This document shows, one piece after another, positions 14,507 to 28,529 of a stretch of 64,000 nucleotides of DNA. Origin of the DNA: Octopus vulgaris (taxonomy: Eukaryota). The notes beneath the pieces are model-generated. The model was not told the origin of the DNA and searched no databases. It saw only the letters and a program-made list of their open reading frames with translations. The DNA is taken from contig OX597830.1 of NCBI GenBank assembly GCA_951406725.2, positions 13,516,001 to 13,580,000 of the forward strand. The letters run 5' to 3'. How positions within the stretch are numbered: position 1 is the first letter of the stretch; every line of letters begins with the position of its first letter. The translations under genes were made by a program, and so were the position numbers.

Positions 14507-15099
14507 CAAGCTCACATATATTGTATATGTATATTAATGTATATTAATTTATATTTGAAGCAATATCTTTCTTAAATTAAAAATTACCAATTTTATAGTC
14601 TTAAAAAAGTTAAAAAGGAAAATGGAAAAAACCTTACGGAAGGAATGTCTTCATGTTATATTAAGTACTCACTGCATTTTGTCACGGAAAATATATCACA
14701 TTTGTGTATACACCTAGATCAGCTCGCAGCGCCACCTATACAGACCGTGATATTGCAAGCATTTCGGAGTAGTAATTGCAAACAGGTTGTATTTTCCATG
14801 ACAATACGCAGTGAATAGCTTGTTCAGCCGTTAGAACGTGTCTCAAGCATATTCGGACTGATAATAACATTACAATATGTGTAATGGTTACAAAATTGTG
14901 TCCAGTAAACTGCCTGAGTTTTCGTGCAACAATTTGCGAAATTTTAACTCAGACGATTTTAGAATCTTTATATATGGAGGTTCTCTAAATTTTCATGGAT
15001 TACTTTAGAATTATGAATTGTCAGTACTCCATAATAGTTACGTTTTTCGCCTCGAAATTAGTTACGTAATCAAATTTCTTTTTCGTCAAATTGTTTTCG

Positions 15100-16000
15100 A
15101 ATTTATCCGTTGCTTATTGCTTGTTTACCGGCATTGGTTTTAGTCTTTTTGTTATTCTAAGACCTTATCACTGTAATGGGTCATGCCCATTATTATAAAG
15201 GCTCCTCCTTTGTCAGCTTTAATGATTATAGAGGAATCTTCAGACATTACAGCGCATTTTGCTCTTTGTTTGTAATGTTTGGTTTAATATGTTCGCTAGG
15301 ATGCTTGAATTTGCTTATGTTTTGAGACAGGTTATACATCTCCCTACGTAGTTATTTTTGTTCATTCCTGTTCATTCTTCTTATTGTTGTTTTTTTTTTA
15401 CATGCGATGGATCTTCATAATCTTTTTTTTTGAAAGAATTCCCATTGATAAAGCTTTCTTCAAAATTCTTCAGTAATTTTTATTAGATATGTGATGGTTT
15501 TCGAATTATCCCGAATTTACGTTCATATTCCAAAAGTTATACTTTATCTTTTATGAGGTTTCCTTGTTATAAATTTATTATTGCTGGATCAGTCATTTCA
15601 GTATTTCCACAAACCTTTTTATTATTGGATTTTTCTTTCGATTTCTCCTTGTACGCCTGTTCCCTAAAAAGTTTTTGTTATTTGTTTTGTGAGTCATTTG
15701 TTCCCTGTTTTTCTATTTTGTTTGAGAAGAAAGATTTCCAGTTGTTGATGCGTCTAATAGTGTCGCTGTTGGTTGATTTATACCCTTTTCTGAAATTTGA
15801 TTGTCTATATTAGTCTGTTCTTCCATTGTTATTGTTTGTAAGTGTTTTATGGTAGCTGAGTTTGTTTTGGTATGAATTATTGAATTTCTGCCCATTTTCT
15901 GGGTCTCTCTTATAAATTACTACGGAAGGGGATATGGTTCTTCTGTTATTGTTACGTTGTGAATCTTTAAGACTTTTATCTCTACTTTTCGTCTTCACCA
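15100..16000 (-). pseudogene. Penelope-like element ORF relic (N-terminal region into RT)
   Basis: Reverse complement of 15160-15240 reads, across a 1-nt frameshift, EDSSIIIK/ADKGGAFIIMGMTHYSDKVLE, matching the Penelope IIIKxADKGGxxVIM motif; upstream K/N-rich broken frames. Confidence 0.65.
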
Positions 16001-16424
16001 TCGATCAAAGTACTTTTATTATCATTTTAAAGTGAGTACTTATTCTGTTTGTCTCTTTTGCCGAATCACTAACTTTCGGGGATGTAAACAAACCAATACC
16101 CATTGTCATGCGGTGGTAGTGGTGTGTGTGACAAATACAGACACAGAAGCACTCACAGATACAATGACACACACAGATAAACATACACGCACACAAACAC
16201 ACTTCACATATATGCATGAAATTTTGATCAGTTTAAATTTGTTTGGAATATACTTGATCCTGTAAAGGCTTTCACTGTAGTGAAAAACTTGCTGGAGAAC
16301 ATCATAGCCAACACAAAGCACCCTCGGTGGACCGGGCAAGCTTAGTTCTCTTCGTAGAAAATCAGTAAATAATATGCACTAATTAGTGCGAGGAGGCTGC
16401 TAGGCAGAAAAAAGCAAGTAGATA

Positions 16425-16665
16425 CTCGAAGCAGTAATGGAAAATAAACAAAGTTCAAATATATTTGGGATATATTTGAACCTATGAAAGCTTTTTAACT
16501 GCAGTTTGCCGTGGCGAAATACTTTCTACTTTGGACAAAAATTAGGTGTAAGAGCACCACGGCTCCCACAGCAAACGGCAGTGAAAAGATTTTACAGGTT
16601 CAAATATGTCCCAAATATATTCGAATTGATCTAACGTTTCTTGATTTTTCCTCATTGCTTCTCGC
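16425..16665. mobile_element. MITE-like fold-back element
   Basis: Arms aatatatttgggatatatttgaacct..actgcagtttgc.gtgg and ccacagcaaacggcagt..aggttcaaatatgtcccaaatatatt; related single arms at about 16225-16295 and 53178-53260. Confidence 0.65.
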
Positions 16666-17226
16666 AGGAATTCTCCTAAAAATACCAACAGCGTTAGTAT
16701 TATTATTTTTTCCTATTTTGGTTGCTTTGAATATATAAGCAACGGTAAATATGCTTTTCGCATATCGTGTATGGTTGTTTGGACGTGCGTCTGACGAATT
16801 GTCATTCCTCGCTATTTCAGCCATGCATAATCTTATACAAGTCTTGTGTAATTTACCACAAATAATTATTTACTTTCATCGAAGCGGAAAAGCACTGAAA
16901 AAAAATTGTGACTAATTAAGTGCTGGTATTTTCTTCTTCATCATCTTTTTAGTCTATGAAAGTACACCTCAATTCATTCTCTCACTCATAGGTGTCTAGT
17001 TTCTCTGCACCAATGAACTACATTTTATAGAATCATTACATTAACCATCAGTCCTAAAATGTAGGTACCGCTGATCTCTACTGAGTTCTGCATAAGGAAT
17101 ACACCGATGTATTTTAACAAATCCATATTTTAGTTATGCATAGTCATAATTGCACATACACACATGTTTGTATATATAAAGGTATTTGTACATAAATGGC
17201 ATTAATATATATATACATAAATATAC

Positions 17227-17298
<72 letters not shown>

Positions 17299-17299
<1 letters not shown>

Positions 17300-17445
17300 G
17301 GGAGAGTTTACGAAAAAAACAAAAGACGAAGACAGGTGGGGTGTACAAAATAAACAGATATATTAGTATAAAGCTCTGGAATAGAAAAAGTCTTTTACGT
17401 TTCTAGCCGACTCTCTTCTACAGAAAGGAACACAGAAAAAACAAG

Positions 17446-17447
<2 letters not shown>
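17299..17447 (-). mobile_element. Short Penelope pLTR-like repeat with hammerhead-like motif, copy 1 of 3
   Basis: Homologous to 21762-21957 and 29281-29460; each copy abuts (TA)n. Confidence 0.75.
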
Positions 17448-17499
<52 letters not shown>

Positions 17500-17504
<5 letters not shown>

Positions 17505-18125
17505 AAGGAAGTAAAGCACACAGTTTACATAGTTTTAAGATACTTTTAAATATTTTAAAAGATATTTTACTTAGTTTTAAGATATTTTAAAATATATTTT
17601 ATGAATGAATGAGTATTATGTTTGTCGACCGGTTTCACTTTCGCTAATCATGACATTGAAATTATTATAATTTCCTAATTTCTTAAAATTTTAGTACATC
17701 TAAGGGGAAAGTAATTGGTGATCGTTATTATTGGGGACAAGGGAGATAACTGCTCATCTTTCGGGGAGGCGATAAATATATATACAAAAATTCAAAAGTT
17801 AAAGTTGTGAGATGAAATATGTACAGTGATAGGTATGTTATCATGAATTAAAATATATACTGAGACCAGTCTTGGTTATGCGTTCATTTGTAGACGTGTT
17901 CAGCATTTTTCGATGAACAAATTTTCTTTATTTAAACATTCTTGTACATAAATGATTTGTTTGCACAAGAAGCTAGAAAAACTGTGAAGTGTGGTTGGAG
18001 ATTACCTGCACATCTCTCTATGTGTTCACTCAAAGGAATCTGTCTGCATTGCGGGAATCGGATCTGTTCCTTGTGCAGTGTGGTTCACTATCTCAGTGTC
18101 ATACTTGACAATAGTCCCCAGTCAA
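17500..18125 (-). pseudogene. Penelope-like element 3' end: GIY-YIG endonuclease C-terminal relic plus degenerate hammerhead
   Basis: Reverse complement reads SMTLR**TTLHKEQIRFPQCRQIPLSEHIERCAGNLQPHFTVF..QECLNKENLFIEK; downstream tgtc-ATGATTA-gcgaaagt-GAAA-ccgg-TC-gaca at 17623-17655. Confidence 0.65.
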
Positions 18126-18148
18126 CTTTCCCAATAATAATAATAATG

Positions 18149-18182
<34 letters not shown>

Positions 18183-18256
18183 GTACCTAGGGGTACTTAT
18201 AATAATAATAATAATAATGATAATAATAATAATAATAATAAGTACCTAGGGGTACT

Positions 18257-18300
<44 letters not shown>

Positions 18301-18303
<3 letters not shown>

Positions 18304-19840
18304 GTACCTAGGGGTAATTGAAGGGAACGGAATAAGGCATTCAGAGATGAAGGAAAGGATCAGGAGAGAATGTTATCGAAGAGTGAGAGCAATACTCAAG
18401 ACAGAGCTGAATGCAAGAAACAGGATCGAAGCGATCAATGCATTAGCCATACCAGTCGTGACTTACAGTTTCAATATCGTTAACTGGTCAATTACTGAAA
18501 TATGTCAGCTCGACAGAAAAATACGAAAACTGTTGACAATGCATAGAATGCACCACCCTAAGGCAGATACAGAACGACTTTATCTGCCAAGAAAAGAGGG
18601 AGGCCGTGATCTTTTACAACTGGCAATAACAATGAAGATTGCTACAATTGGCCTAGACACCTACCTGAAAAAGTCTGAAGACTGGATGTTAAAACTTGTC
18701 TCAAAACATGAAAACAAGAAAGCATCATACTCAGTCACAAAACAGGCAAAGCAATATCTAAGTGAATTCCGAATACAACCAATTTCGGAATTAGAGATAG
18801 ACATACAAGAAACAAGCACAGAAAAAGCTAGGCGCATGAAAACCCGTGCCAAAACTGCGGCCTTAGATATTCTGAATAATAAATGGCAAGAAAACCTCTC
18901 AATGGCAAATACCCAAAGAGAGCAAATAATGCAGATATTGACAAAGCCCTGACCCATCAATGGCTAATGGCCTCTGGCTTAAAATCTGAAACAGAAGGGT
19001 TTATCATAGCAGCTCAAGATCAATGCCTACCAACAAGAAACTACCAGGCCAACATATTAAAGAACGGCAGTAGCCCAACATGTCGTGTATGCCGACAACA
19101 AAATGAAACCATTGATCATGTTGTCTCCAAATTCAGTCTTCTAGCGCCTACAGAGTACCTCAACAGGCATGATAGAGCTGCACAATATATTCACTGGGTA
19201 ATTTTCAAAAACCTGGACTTGCCCCATGAAAAAAACTGGTGGGAACACAATCCACCTCCAGTGCTTGAAAATGACCACATCTCACTCCTCTGGAACTTCA
19301 CCATTCAAACTGACAGAAAGATAGATGCAAATAGGCCAGACATCATATTGTAAGACTTCAGACACAGAACATGCCTCCGCATTGATATGACTGTCCCAAT
19401 CGATATAAACGTATCTGTCAAGACCTACCAAAAACTGAGCAAATATAAAGATCTTGAAATAGAAATCAGCAAAATGTGGAAGCTGAAGACTAAAACAATA
19501 CCTGTTGTCATAGGTGCCCTGGGAATGATAGCGAAAGGGGCTGATTGCTACCTAACTCAGGTACCAGGAAATTCAAAAGATAGTGCTCATGGGAACTGCT
19601 CATATCCTATGCAAAATACTCTCTATGTAATCCCAAGGTTTAAAACAAACTTTTTCTTTCTTTCTTTTTTTAAAAAAATTATGTATTAGACATTCACTAG
19701 TACAACACCAACCCCACCCCCAAATATATGGCACACTAGGCATAACAACAACGTGAACTTTCAACCTGTTGTCTCTTGAGGTCTCTGGGTGAGACTTGGA
19801 GCCAACTTGTACAGACATAAAGCAAAAGTCAAACATAGAA

Positions 19841-19842
<2 letters not shown>
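18301..19842 (+). mobile_element. 5'-truncated R4/Dong-clade RLE non-LTR retrotransposon inserted in (AAT)n
   Basis: KYLG, RLYLPRKEGGRDL, ETEGFIIAAQDQ, zinc knuckle CRVC-x8-H, RHD, RLE motifs RPDII..IDMTVP..KLSKYKDL..PVVIGALG; frameshift near 18895 and stop at 19351-19353; (AAT)n on both flanks. Confidence 0.92.
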
Positions 19843-19884
<42 letters not shown>

Positions 19885-19907
19885 TAATAATAATGATAAT
19901 AATAACA

Positions 19908-21053
<1,146 letters not shown>

Positions 21054-21270
21054 TGAACGTGAATGATATATATCAATATTTCGCAGTACTTTCTGCTTAC
21101 AACGGTCATTTACTCGCCCCACTTCTGAAACGAACAGGAGTTGTTAACCAAAAGTATATTCAGATAGCTTAAAATCTATCTGCTGACGTACAAAAGAGCC
21201 GCACAAATAGAACAAAATTCAAATTTTGTGTTAGAAGTAGCTCAGTAAAGTAAGTATTATTGACATCACG

Positions 21271-21357
<87 letters not shown>

Positions 21358-21720
21358 TCACACACACACACATACATATACAAACATACGTATCTTGTTA
21401 AAATCATAAGAATTTTTAAACTATAGAATGCATGATAAGCGTTCTACCATTGTTGATATATTCATATATGAAGATCAACGTAAATACATATATATAAGTT
21501 TATAAATAAAAAAGTGTTATATATTGCGGGAATCATAATCAAAACAGGGACTCGTACTGTTATAACCGACCAAATAGACAATCAATTGGCAACAAAATTG
21601 AAGTTAAATATAACCAGCGTATGTATTTCTGTTGAACATATGGCCTCACCAAAATACAACGTTATCAGTTTCAACACACAACTGCTCATCAAGAATCTTG
21701 AAAAATAAATATAACAAAGC

Positions 21721-21766
<46 letters not shown>

Positions 21767-21856
21767 AGAGTTTACGGAAAAAAACCCAAAAGACGAAGAC
21801 AGGTGGTGTACAAAACAAACAGATGTATTAGTATAACGTTCAGGAATAGAAAAAGT

Positions 21857-21892
21857 CTTTTACGTTTCGAGCCTACGCTCTTCTACAGAAAG
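21857..21892 (-). ncRNA. Minimal type I hammerhead ribozyme-like motif (A6U core variant)
   Basis: Reverse complement cttt-CTGTAGA-a-gagc gtag gctc-GAAA-cg-TA-aaag; stems I and II pair, stem III is palindromic ACGT. Confidence 0.6.
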
Positions 21893-22425
21893 GGACACAG
21901 AAAAAACAAGGAGAGAAACAAGGAGAGAAAAATATGTGTGTAGTGGCTAACGATCTATATATATGTATATGTATGTATATATGTGTGTGTGTGTGTGAGT
22001 TGTATGTGTCCCCAATAGCACGAATTCTGAGGAATACTGGGTTGGTGTCCGGCATGCTGGAAGACCACTGGGAGGGAGGCACCCCTTAGCTTTTGTTAAA
22101 GCATGTTTCTTGGAGAAGATCATTCTGATATAAAACTAGATATGTGGGGAATAGCATTGAACAACTTGGAGATCTTTTACCTATGCTTGAGAGCATATAA
22201 AGTCTGAAGAGAGGAACACATTGATAGTTGTGAGAAGGTGATGGTAGGGAGAGTCATGAGGTTGACCCTATTGGAGAAGAGAGTATGGACAGGTTAAAGG
22301 TTAGAGTGAAGTGGATGAGGTTGGTTATGTATGGGGCTTGACCCAAACTATAGGTGCGGAATGTGTGAGGAGACACAAACATAAATGAGTGTGTAAGAGA
22401 GAGGGAGAGAGAGAGATAGACATAG

Positions 22426-22469
<44 letters not shown>

Positions 22470-22959
22470 AGGTGTGAAGATCTGGAGAGAGTTATTGAAG
22501 AGAAGTGAAGTGTGCGGTCATAGTATTAGGGCAAAGTTTGATTTGTGCCATTAAAAAATAAAAAAAGTTTCTGTGATTTTAGCGAATAATTTTCTATAAA
22601 GCTTACAGTTAATGTCGCTATTGAATCAATTACTTTTGAAAATATTCTACTCATCAATTTAATATGATGAAAAATATTAACTCGGGAAGAAGTCCATTTT
22701 AAACTGTGGTATCTCAAATATCATCTCGAATAAACGATTCATCATGGCTTTTCCGAGTTATTTTGTTACTTCTCTTAATTTATTCAGTTGCGGTATGTCG
22801 ACTCCACCTCCTTTATCTTCTTAATCTCTCCAACTAACAGCGCCACCCTGTTGCCCTACTATACTATCTTATCTTGCTGATTCCATTTTTTTGACTAGTC
22901 ATACAACTGCAAACATCTACATCAATTTATTTATCTGATGGCATGACTGATGATATCTT

Positions 22960-23356
22960 TTATCTTTTACTTGTTTTACTCATTAGACTGCGGTCATGCT
23001 GGGGCATCACCTTAAAAAAATTTTTGTCAAATGAATTGACCTCAATAACTTTTTCTTTGTTTTTCAGCCTGATACTTATTCTACCGAATTGTTTTGCCGA
23101 ACCGCTAAGTTATGGAGAGGTAAACACACTAGCAGCGGTTGTCAAACGGTGATGGGGGATAAACACAGACACAAACACACACACTCACACATGTACAAGG
23201 GGCTTCTTTCAGTTTCCGTATACCAAATTCACTCACAAGGCTTAGGTTGGCGTCAGGCTATAGCAGAAGACAGTCGGCCAAGGTTCCACGCAGTGGGATT
23301 GAACCCGGAACCATGTGGTCGGAACGCAAAATTCTAACCACACAGCCACGCCTGTG
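22960..23356 (-). mobile_element. Diverged SINE family A copy
   Basis: Both halves recognisable. Confidence 0.8.
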
Positions 23357-23681
23357 CTTAGGTTCACAACATCGGTTCTTCAGGATGCCTGTACAGTCGG
23401 GAGAACTCACCACAATTTGTTCCATTAATGGCATCGAAATAGCAAAACTAGATTAAAAAATCTTCATGTTGTACCCCGTACAAAAGGTGTCTATCTGTAC
23501 CCGTGAATATAAAACTAAAATATTGCATGATTGAAGAACAATAAACTACAGAATAGAATGAAACATGTTATCAGGGTGGACGATTTCAAGTACTTTTTAA
23601 ACTTTGCTTATCCACCCCACTCTCTCTCTCTCTTTCTCTACTAGTATGAAGTAGAGCTGAAGTAACTTACTAAGCAATAAA

Positions 23682-23736
<55 letters not shown>

Positions 23737-23757
23737 ATGCTGCTGCTGCTGCTGCTG

Positions 23758-23817
<60 letters not shown>

Positions 23818-23990
23818 TTACTACTACAGCACCATTAGCTCTACAACAACAGTAACATCTTGATGATGATGATGATGATGATCATCATCATCATCTACCT
23901 CATTCATCTTCATTGCTAACCATACGTTTACAAAACTATCATCATCATCATCATCATCATCGTCATTATCACCACCTCCATTACCGCCAC
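23682..23990. repeat. (ACT)n/(GCT)n/(GAT)n/(CAT)n compound microsatellite
   Basis: Direct arrays. Confidence 0.95.
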
Positions 23991-24204
23991 CACCATCACA
24001 ACCTGTTGTTAATTAGCGATCCATCCATCCCCCCAACAGCCAACCCCTTTAATTACCACAGACCACCGATGTACTTCATAGAATGGAAGGACAAGAAAGA
24101 AAATAATCATTATATTTCAAGATATTTGCTTCTTAACATATTTTTTTCTTCTTTTACATATTTGTTTGTTCATTAAATTTCAAAATGTCGTCGTCACCAC
24201 CTCT

Positions 24205-24248
<44 letters not shown>

Positions 24249-24261
24249 TATCATCGACATG

Positions 24262-24324
<63 letters not shown>

Positions 24325-24906
24325 GTTATTCCATTTTCCTTTTCTCTTTTAGTTTCTTTTTTTTTTCTTCATTTTGGCTTTAAGTTTTCCAAACCTAAGT
24401 TTTCTTCGTCGATTAAATTAAAAATAATTCCACAGTTTTCAGCTCATATATAAGACTTAGCCTGAAACCGTTTAAAAATAAATTTTTATCTTATATTGCC
24501 AATTAAAATTTTCTAATTTTCATAAAGATTTTCTTTTAATTCGTCATTAGTGGCAGGAGAAAATTTTTAACTCTACTTTAGAAATAACTTGAAAGCCGGG
24601 TAGTGGTGGTGATGGTTGAGATGGTGGTAGTGATGGTGGTTGTGGTGGTGATGGTGGCGATGGTGACGGTGGTGTGCGAACAGCGGGGCGGGCGGGTGGG
24701 TGGGTGGGTGGCTGAAGAGGAGGTACGTATGGAACCTGTGTAACGAGGAGTTGTGGAGTTAAGATGTAAACATTGTAAAGAAACAATTAAAGCGAAAACT
24801 AATGTACAAATAATCCAAAAAGAATAGTAAATGCAGAGACAAGAGACGGATGGGAAAAATTGCAGGGGTTTATATTGTAAAACGTCAAAAAATGGAATTA
24901 ATAAAT

Positions 24907-24943
<37 letters not shown>

Positions 24944-24944
24944 G

Positions 24945-24985
<41 letters not shown>

Positions 24986-25522
24986 GCCCACTTATATAGT
25001 AAAATAGATAAAGAGTGATTCACACACACACATACACGCATACATACACACATATACACACACGTACACACATGCGTACACACACATATACATATCTAGC
25101 TAACATTAGTTCAGACGTCCACATAACGTTCCTTCTTGGCAAAACTAATTTATCATTAAGACGTATGTCTTGTGTGTGTGTGTGTGTGTGTGTCCGTCTG
25201 ACTGTCTGTGTATTATATATATATATATGTGTGTGTATATATGTGTGTATATGTAAATGTATGTATGGAGATTTGCATAAGCGAGTGCGCACGCACGCGA
25301 ACACATACACACACACACATTTATCTCTTTATATAGATCATCTCATCAAATATCATACATTAATACCAGCATAACATATTACAGATTGGGTAAAAATCAT
25401 CATAGTATTTCTTTACAGATGTATATAGTTCTCCTAACTTATATATACATATATATATACACTCACTCACTCACAGACACCTTTATTTATATATATATAC
25501 AAGAGTGGGTATGTGGCAAGGA

Positions 25523-25955
25523 GGCGCAGGTGTGGGTGTGTGGTAAGTAGCTTGTTTACCAACCACATGGTTCCGGGTTCAGTCCCAGTGCGTGGCACCT
25601 TGGGCAAGTGTCTTCTACTATAGCCTCGGGCCGACCAAAGCCTTGTGAGTGGATTTGGTAGACGGAAACTGAAAGAAGCCCGGCGTATCTATGTATATAT
25701 ATATATATATGTATATATATATGTATGTGCGTGTATGTTTGTGTGTCTGTGTTTGTCCCCCTGGTATTGCTTGACAACCGATGCTGGTGTGTTTATGTCC
25801 CCGTTACTTGGCGGTTCGGCAAAAGAGACCGATAGAATAAGTACTGGGCTTACAAAAGAATAAGTCCAGGGGTTGAGTTGCTCGATTAAAGGCGGTGCTC
25901 CAGCATGGCCGCAGTCAAAATGACTGAAACAAGTAAAAAGAGAAAAAGAGAAAAA
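25523..25955 (+). mobile_element. Full-length SINE family A
   Basis: tRNA-like head with A/B boxes, internal microsatellite, gactgaaacaagtaaaaag tail. Confidence 0.92.
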
Positions 25956-26030
25956 TGTATGTGTGTGTATTTCACGTAAAAGCACTTTCTTTATAAAGTT
26001 AAGTCTAATACCAATATCTTCACAGTTACC

Positions 26031-26108
<78 letters not shown>

Positions 26109-26704
26109 TCTTACCATTGTCTCAAAGGACAATGAATTTGAGTTATTGGGTGGAGGAGGTTCAGTAAATTTTGTGAGAATGGGCTGGAATATAACAGCAC
26201 GACCAATTATACAGAACAGAGGAACTAAAGTTACACACACACATATATGTCGTATATTACATGCCACAGCTACACACAAACACACAGACACACAGACACA
26301 CATAAACCTACACATGTAAACACACACACACATACACACATATATGTATGATGTATATCATATACATATAAATGATTTGCCACCACAAGCGCAAATATTG
26401 TATATATTAACTAGCACTCTGTTTGTTACGACGACCGGTGTTCCAGTTGATCCGATGAAAAGTGCCTTGCTCAAGGACGCAACAAACCGCGGGGAATCGA
26501 ACACTCGACCTTGCGATCATGAGCCGAATACCCTAACCACTAAGACACGTGCCTTCACACGCACACACACACATATAAACAAACACACAAATACACGCAT
26601 AAACACACACATTATACACATATATCTTATAATGCATGGGATATATTGTATGTACATTATGTTATATAATGTATACATATTTCTATAATGTATTACACAT
26701 ATAT

Positions 26705-27524
26705 ATCAGATTATTAAGAATGCAAAAAGGTCCGATTTTCTTATGCACCAAATTTGACATTCGTTAAATCTAATGTTTTGTCCTGACAATTCTTTGCTTT
26801 ACAATTTTTCGAAATGCAATTCACGGTGTCTGATTATATTGTTAGTTTTCTCTTGTAAATCAATTTTTGTGAACCCATGGATAGATAAAAAATTCGTGCT
26901 GTTTATGTCCCAGACAGATTGAAACATTAATGAGGTGTTTGACGAAGATGTGAGCGCACTGTACGTCGATGGTTTGAGAAGTTCCCGTCAAAATCAGCCC
27001 CGTGGTAGACCTGAGACCAAGGTGATAATGATGAGCTGGAAGCTGTAGTGGAAGCGGATACGTCTCAAACTGTGCATGAGTTAGCAGCAAGATTTGATGT
27101 TTTGATTCCAACTGAAACAAACGTGGGTTACTACACGAAACGAACAAGCATCAAATGACAGATCGTCTTGAAACTTGCAGTTCTTTGCTGTCTTTTTTGT
27201 ATTGTATTGTTACGTTTGATGAAAACTGGATTCTTTTCAACAAAAGAAGGCGTTCTCTACGGTGGTTGGATTGAGACGAAGTGCCAAAACACAATCTAAA
27301 CAAGAATATTCACCAAAAGAGAAGATGCAAAAACAGCCTTTCATGATTTCATCACGTCTTGCTCTCAAGAATTCTTCGCTGCCGGCATAAATAAGCTACC
27401 GATAAAATGGCGAAATTGTGTTCATAATTTAGGTGCATACTTTGATTAACTGCGCTGCTTTTTATTGAGATAAAGTAAAATAACATTAAGTTCAAAATCG
27501 GACATTTTATTCTCAATGACCTGA
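26705..27524 (+). mobile_element. Degraded, internally deleted mariner transposon
   Basis: Imperfect TIRs (atcagattattaagaatg..gtccgatttt / aaaatcggac..ttattctcaatgacctgat); transposase relics ERTVRRWFEKF, IVTFDENWILF, GINKLPIKWRNCVHNLGAYFD*. Confidence 0.85.
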
Positions 27525-27584
27525 TTGTGTATTATAATTGTATATAAGGTAGTCTATATATTACCGGTTTGTTATATCTATATA

Positions 27585-27915
27585 TTATATACATACATAT
27601 ACCTGCAAATATATTTATTATATACATACATATACCTGCAAATATATTTATTATATACATACATATACCTGCAAATATATTTATTATATACATACATATA
27701 CCTGCAAATATATTTAATATATACATACATATACCTGCAAATATATTTAATATATACATACATATACCTGCAAATATATTTAATATATACATACATATAC
27801 CTGCAAATATATTTAATATATACATACATATACCTGCAAATATATTTAATATATACATATACCAGCAAATATATTTAATATATACATACATACATATACC
27901 TGCAAATATATTTAT
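27585..27915. repeat. 33-bp minisatellite, about 10 copies
   Basis: Unit tatatacatacatatacctgcaaatatatttaw repeated head-to-tail. Confidence 0.93.
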
Positions 27916-27991
27916 ACATTATAATCATATATACATACATAAATACACACATACACACACGCACAAACACACACACACACATACACACACA

Positions 27992-28170
27992 CAGAGGGTG
28001 CGTCAGTCTTTTGAGGACACGACTTTCAAAAGCTCTAACTTTCTCCTAACTTATTTTTTTACTCACTTTTCTGATAAATGATGACGGACATTGGGGGTGA
28101 ATCAGCACGTTGTAAACGTTGCCTTAAAAGCACAGCATAGTGATGCAGAGATAGCTCGCTTCCTGAAAGA
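27992..28170 (+). mobile_element. 5' fragment of a Tc1/mariner (maT/DD37D-like) element
   Basis: cagagggtgcg terminus resembles the TIR at 40438; relic VALKAQHSDAEIARFLK is an HTH-like N-terminus. Confidence 0.45.
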
Positions 28171-28529
28171 TGCCCGAACCTCGGTTGTCGAATTTCGAAA
28201 GAAACAGAAAGATGCAGCCAGGAAGACAAGCGACTTAGCGCAAGCTCGTATAGCAAAGTAAGACAAGATACCTTTAACACAAAGAAAGGAAAAAAATCGA
28301 TAAGCGACATGGTTTCAGTAGTAGTCTTCATCAGATCGCAGAACAGGAGAAAGAGTTAAAGCAAATGAAGAGAAAGGGCAGAAATGATGAAGAGAAAGTG
28401 ACCTTAAAACAGCCGAACTCAGAATCACGGTAAAACTGTCTCCAGCTTTACAAGTTAGAGCTAATCTGTTAAAAGTAGAGGCTAGTCTAAGGCGTTTTCT
28501 AGCTGCTCCTCCCATTTTTTAATTTGACC

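Noticed and set aside
18179-18316. Palindromic repeats with spacers resembling a mini-CRISPR
   Set aside because: The spacers are (AAT)n and the repeat is the start of the adjacent retrotransposon RT sequence
18347-19689. Intact RT/endonuclease CDS
   Set aside because: 5'-truncated, with a frameshift near 18895, an in-frame stop at 19351-19353 and the last zinc-knuckle Cys lost
22020-22340. Possible Penelope RT-EN linker relic on the minus strand
   Set aside because: Only vague similarity with no diagnostic motif retained, so not listed as a feature
23913-24176. Poly-His ORF as a possible transcription-factor exon
   Set aside because: It derives from (CAT)n/(CAC)n repeats within a compound microsatellite, with no splice or domain support
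27585-27915. CRISPR-like array of 33-bp repeats
   Set aside because: Units are contiguous with no unique spacers, there are no cas genes, and the context is eukaryotic
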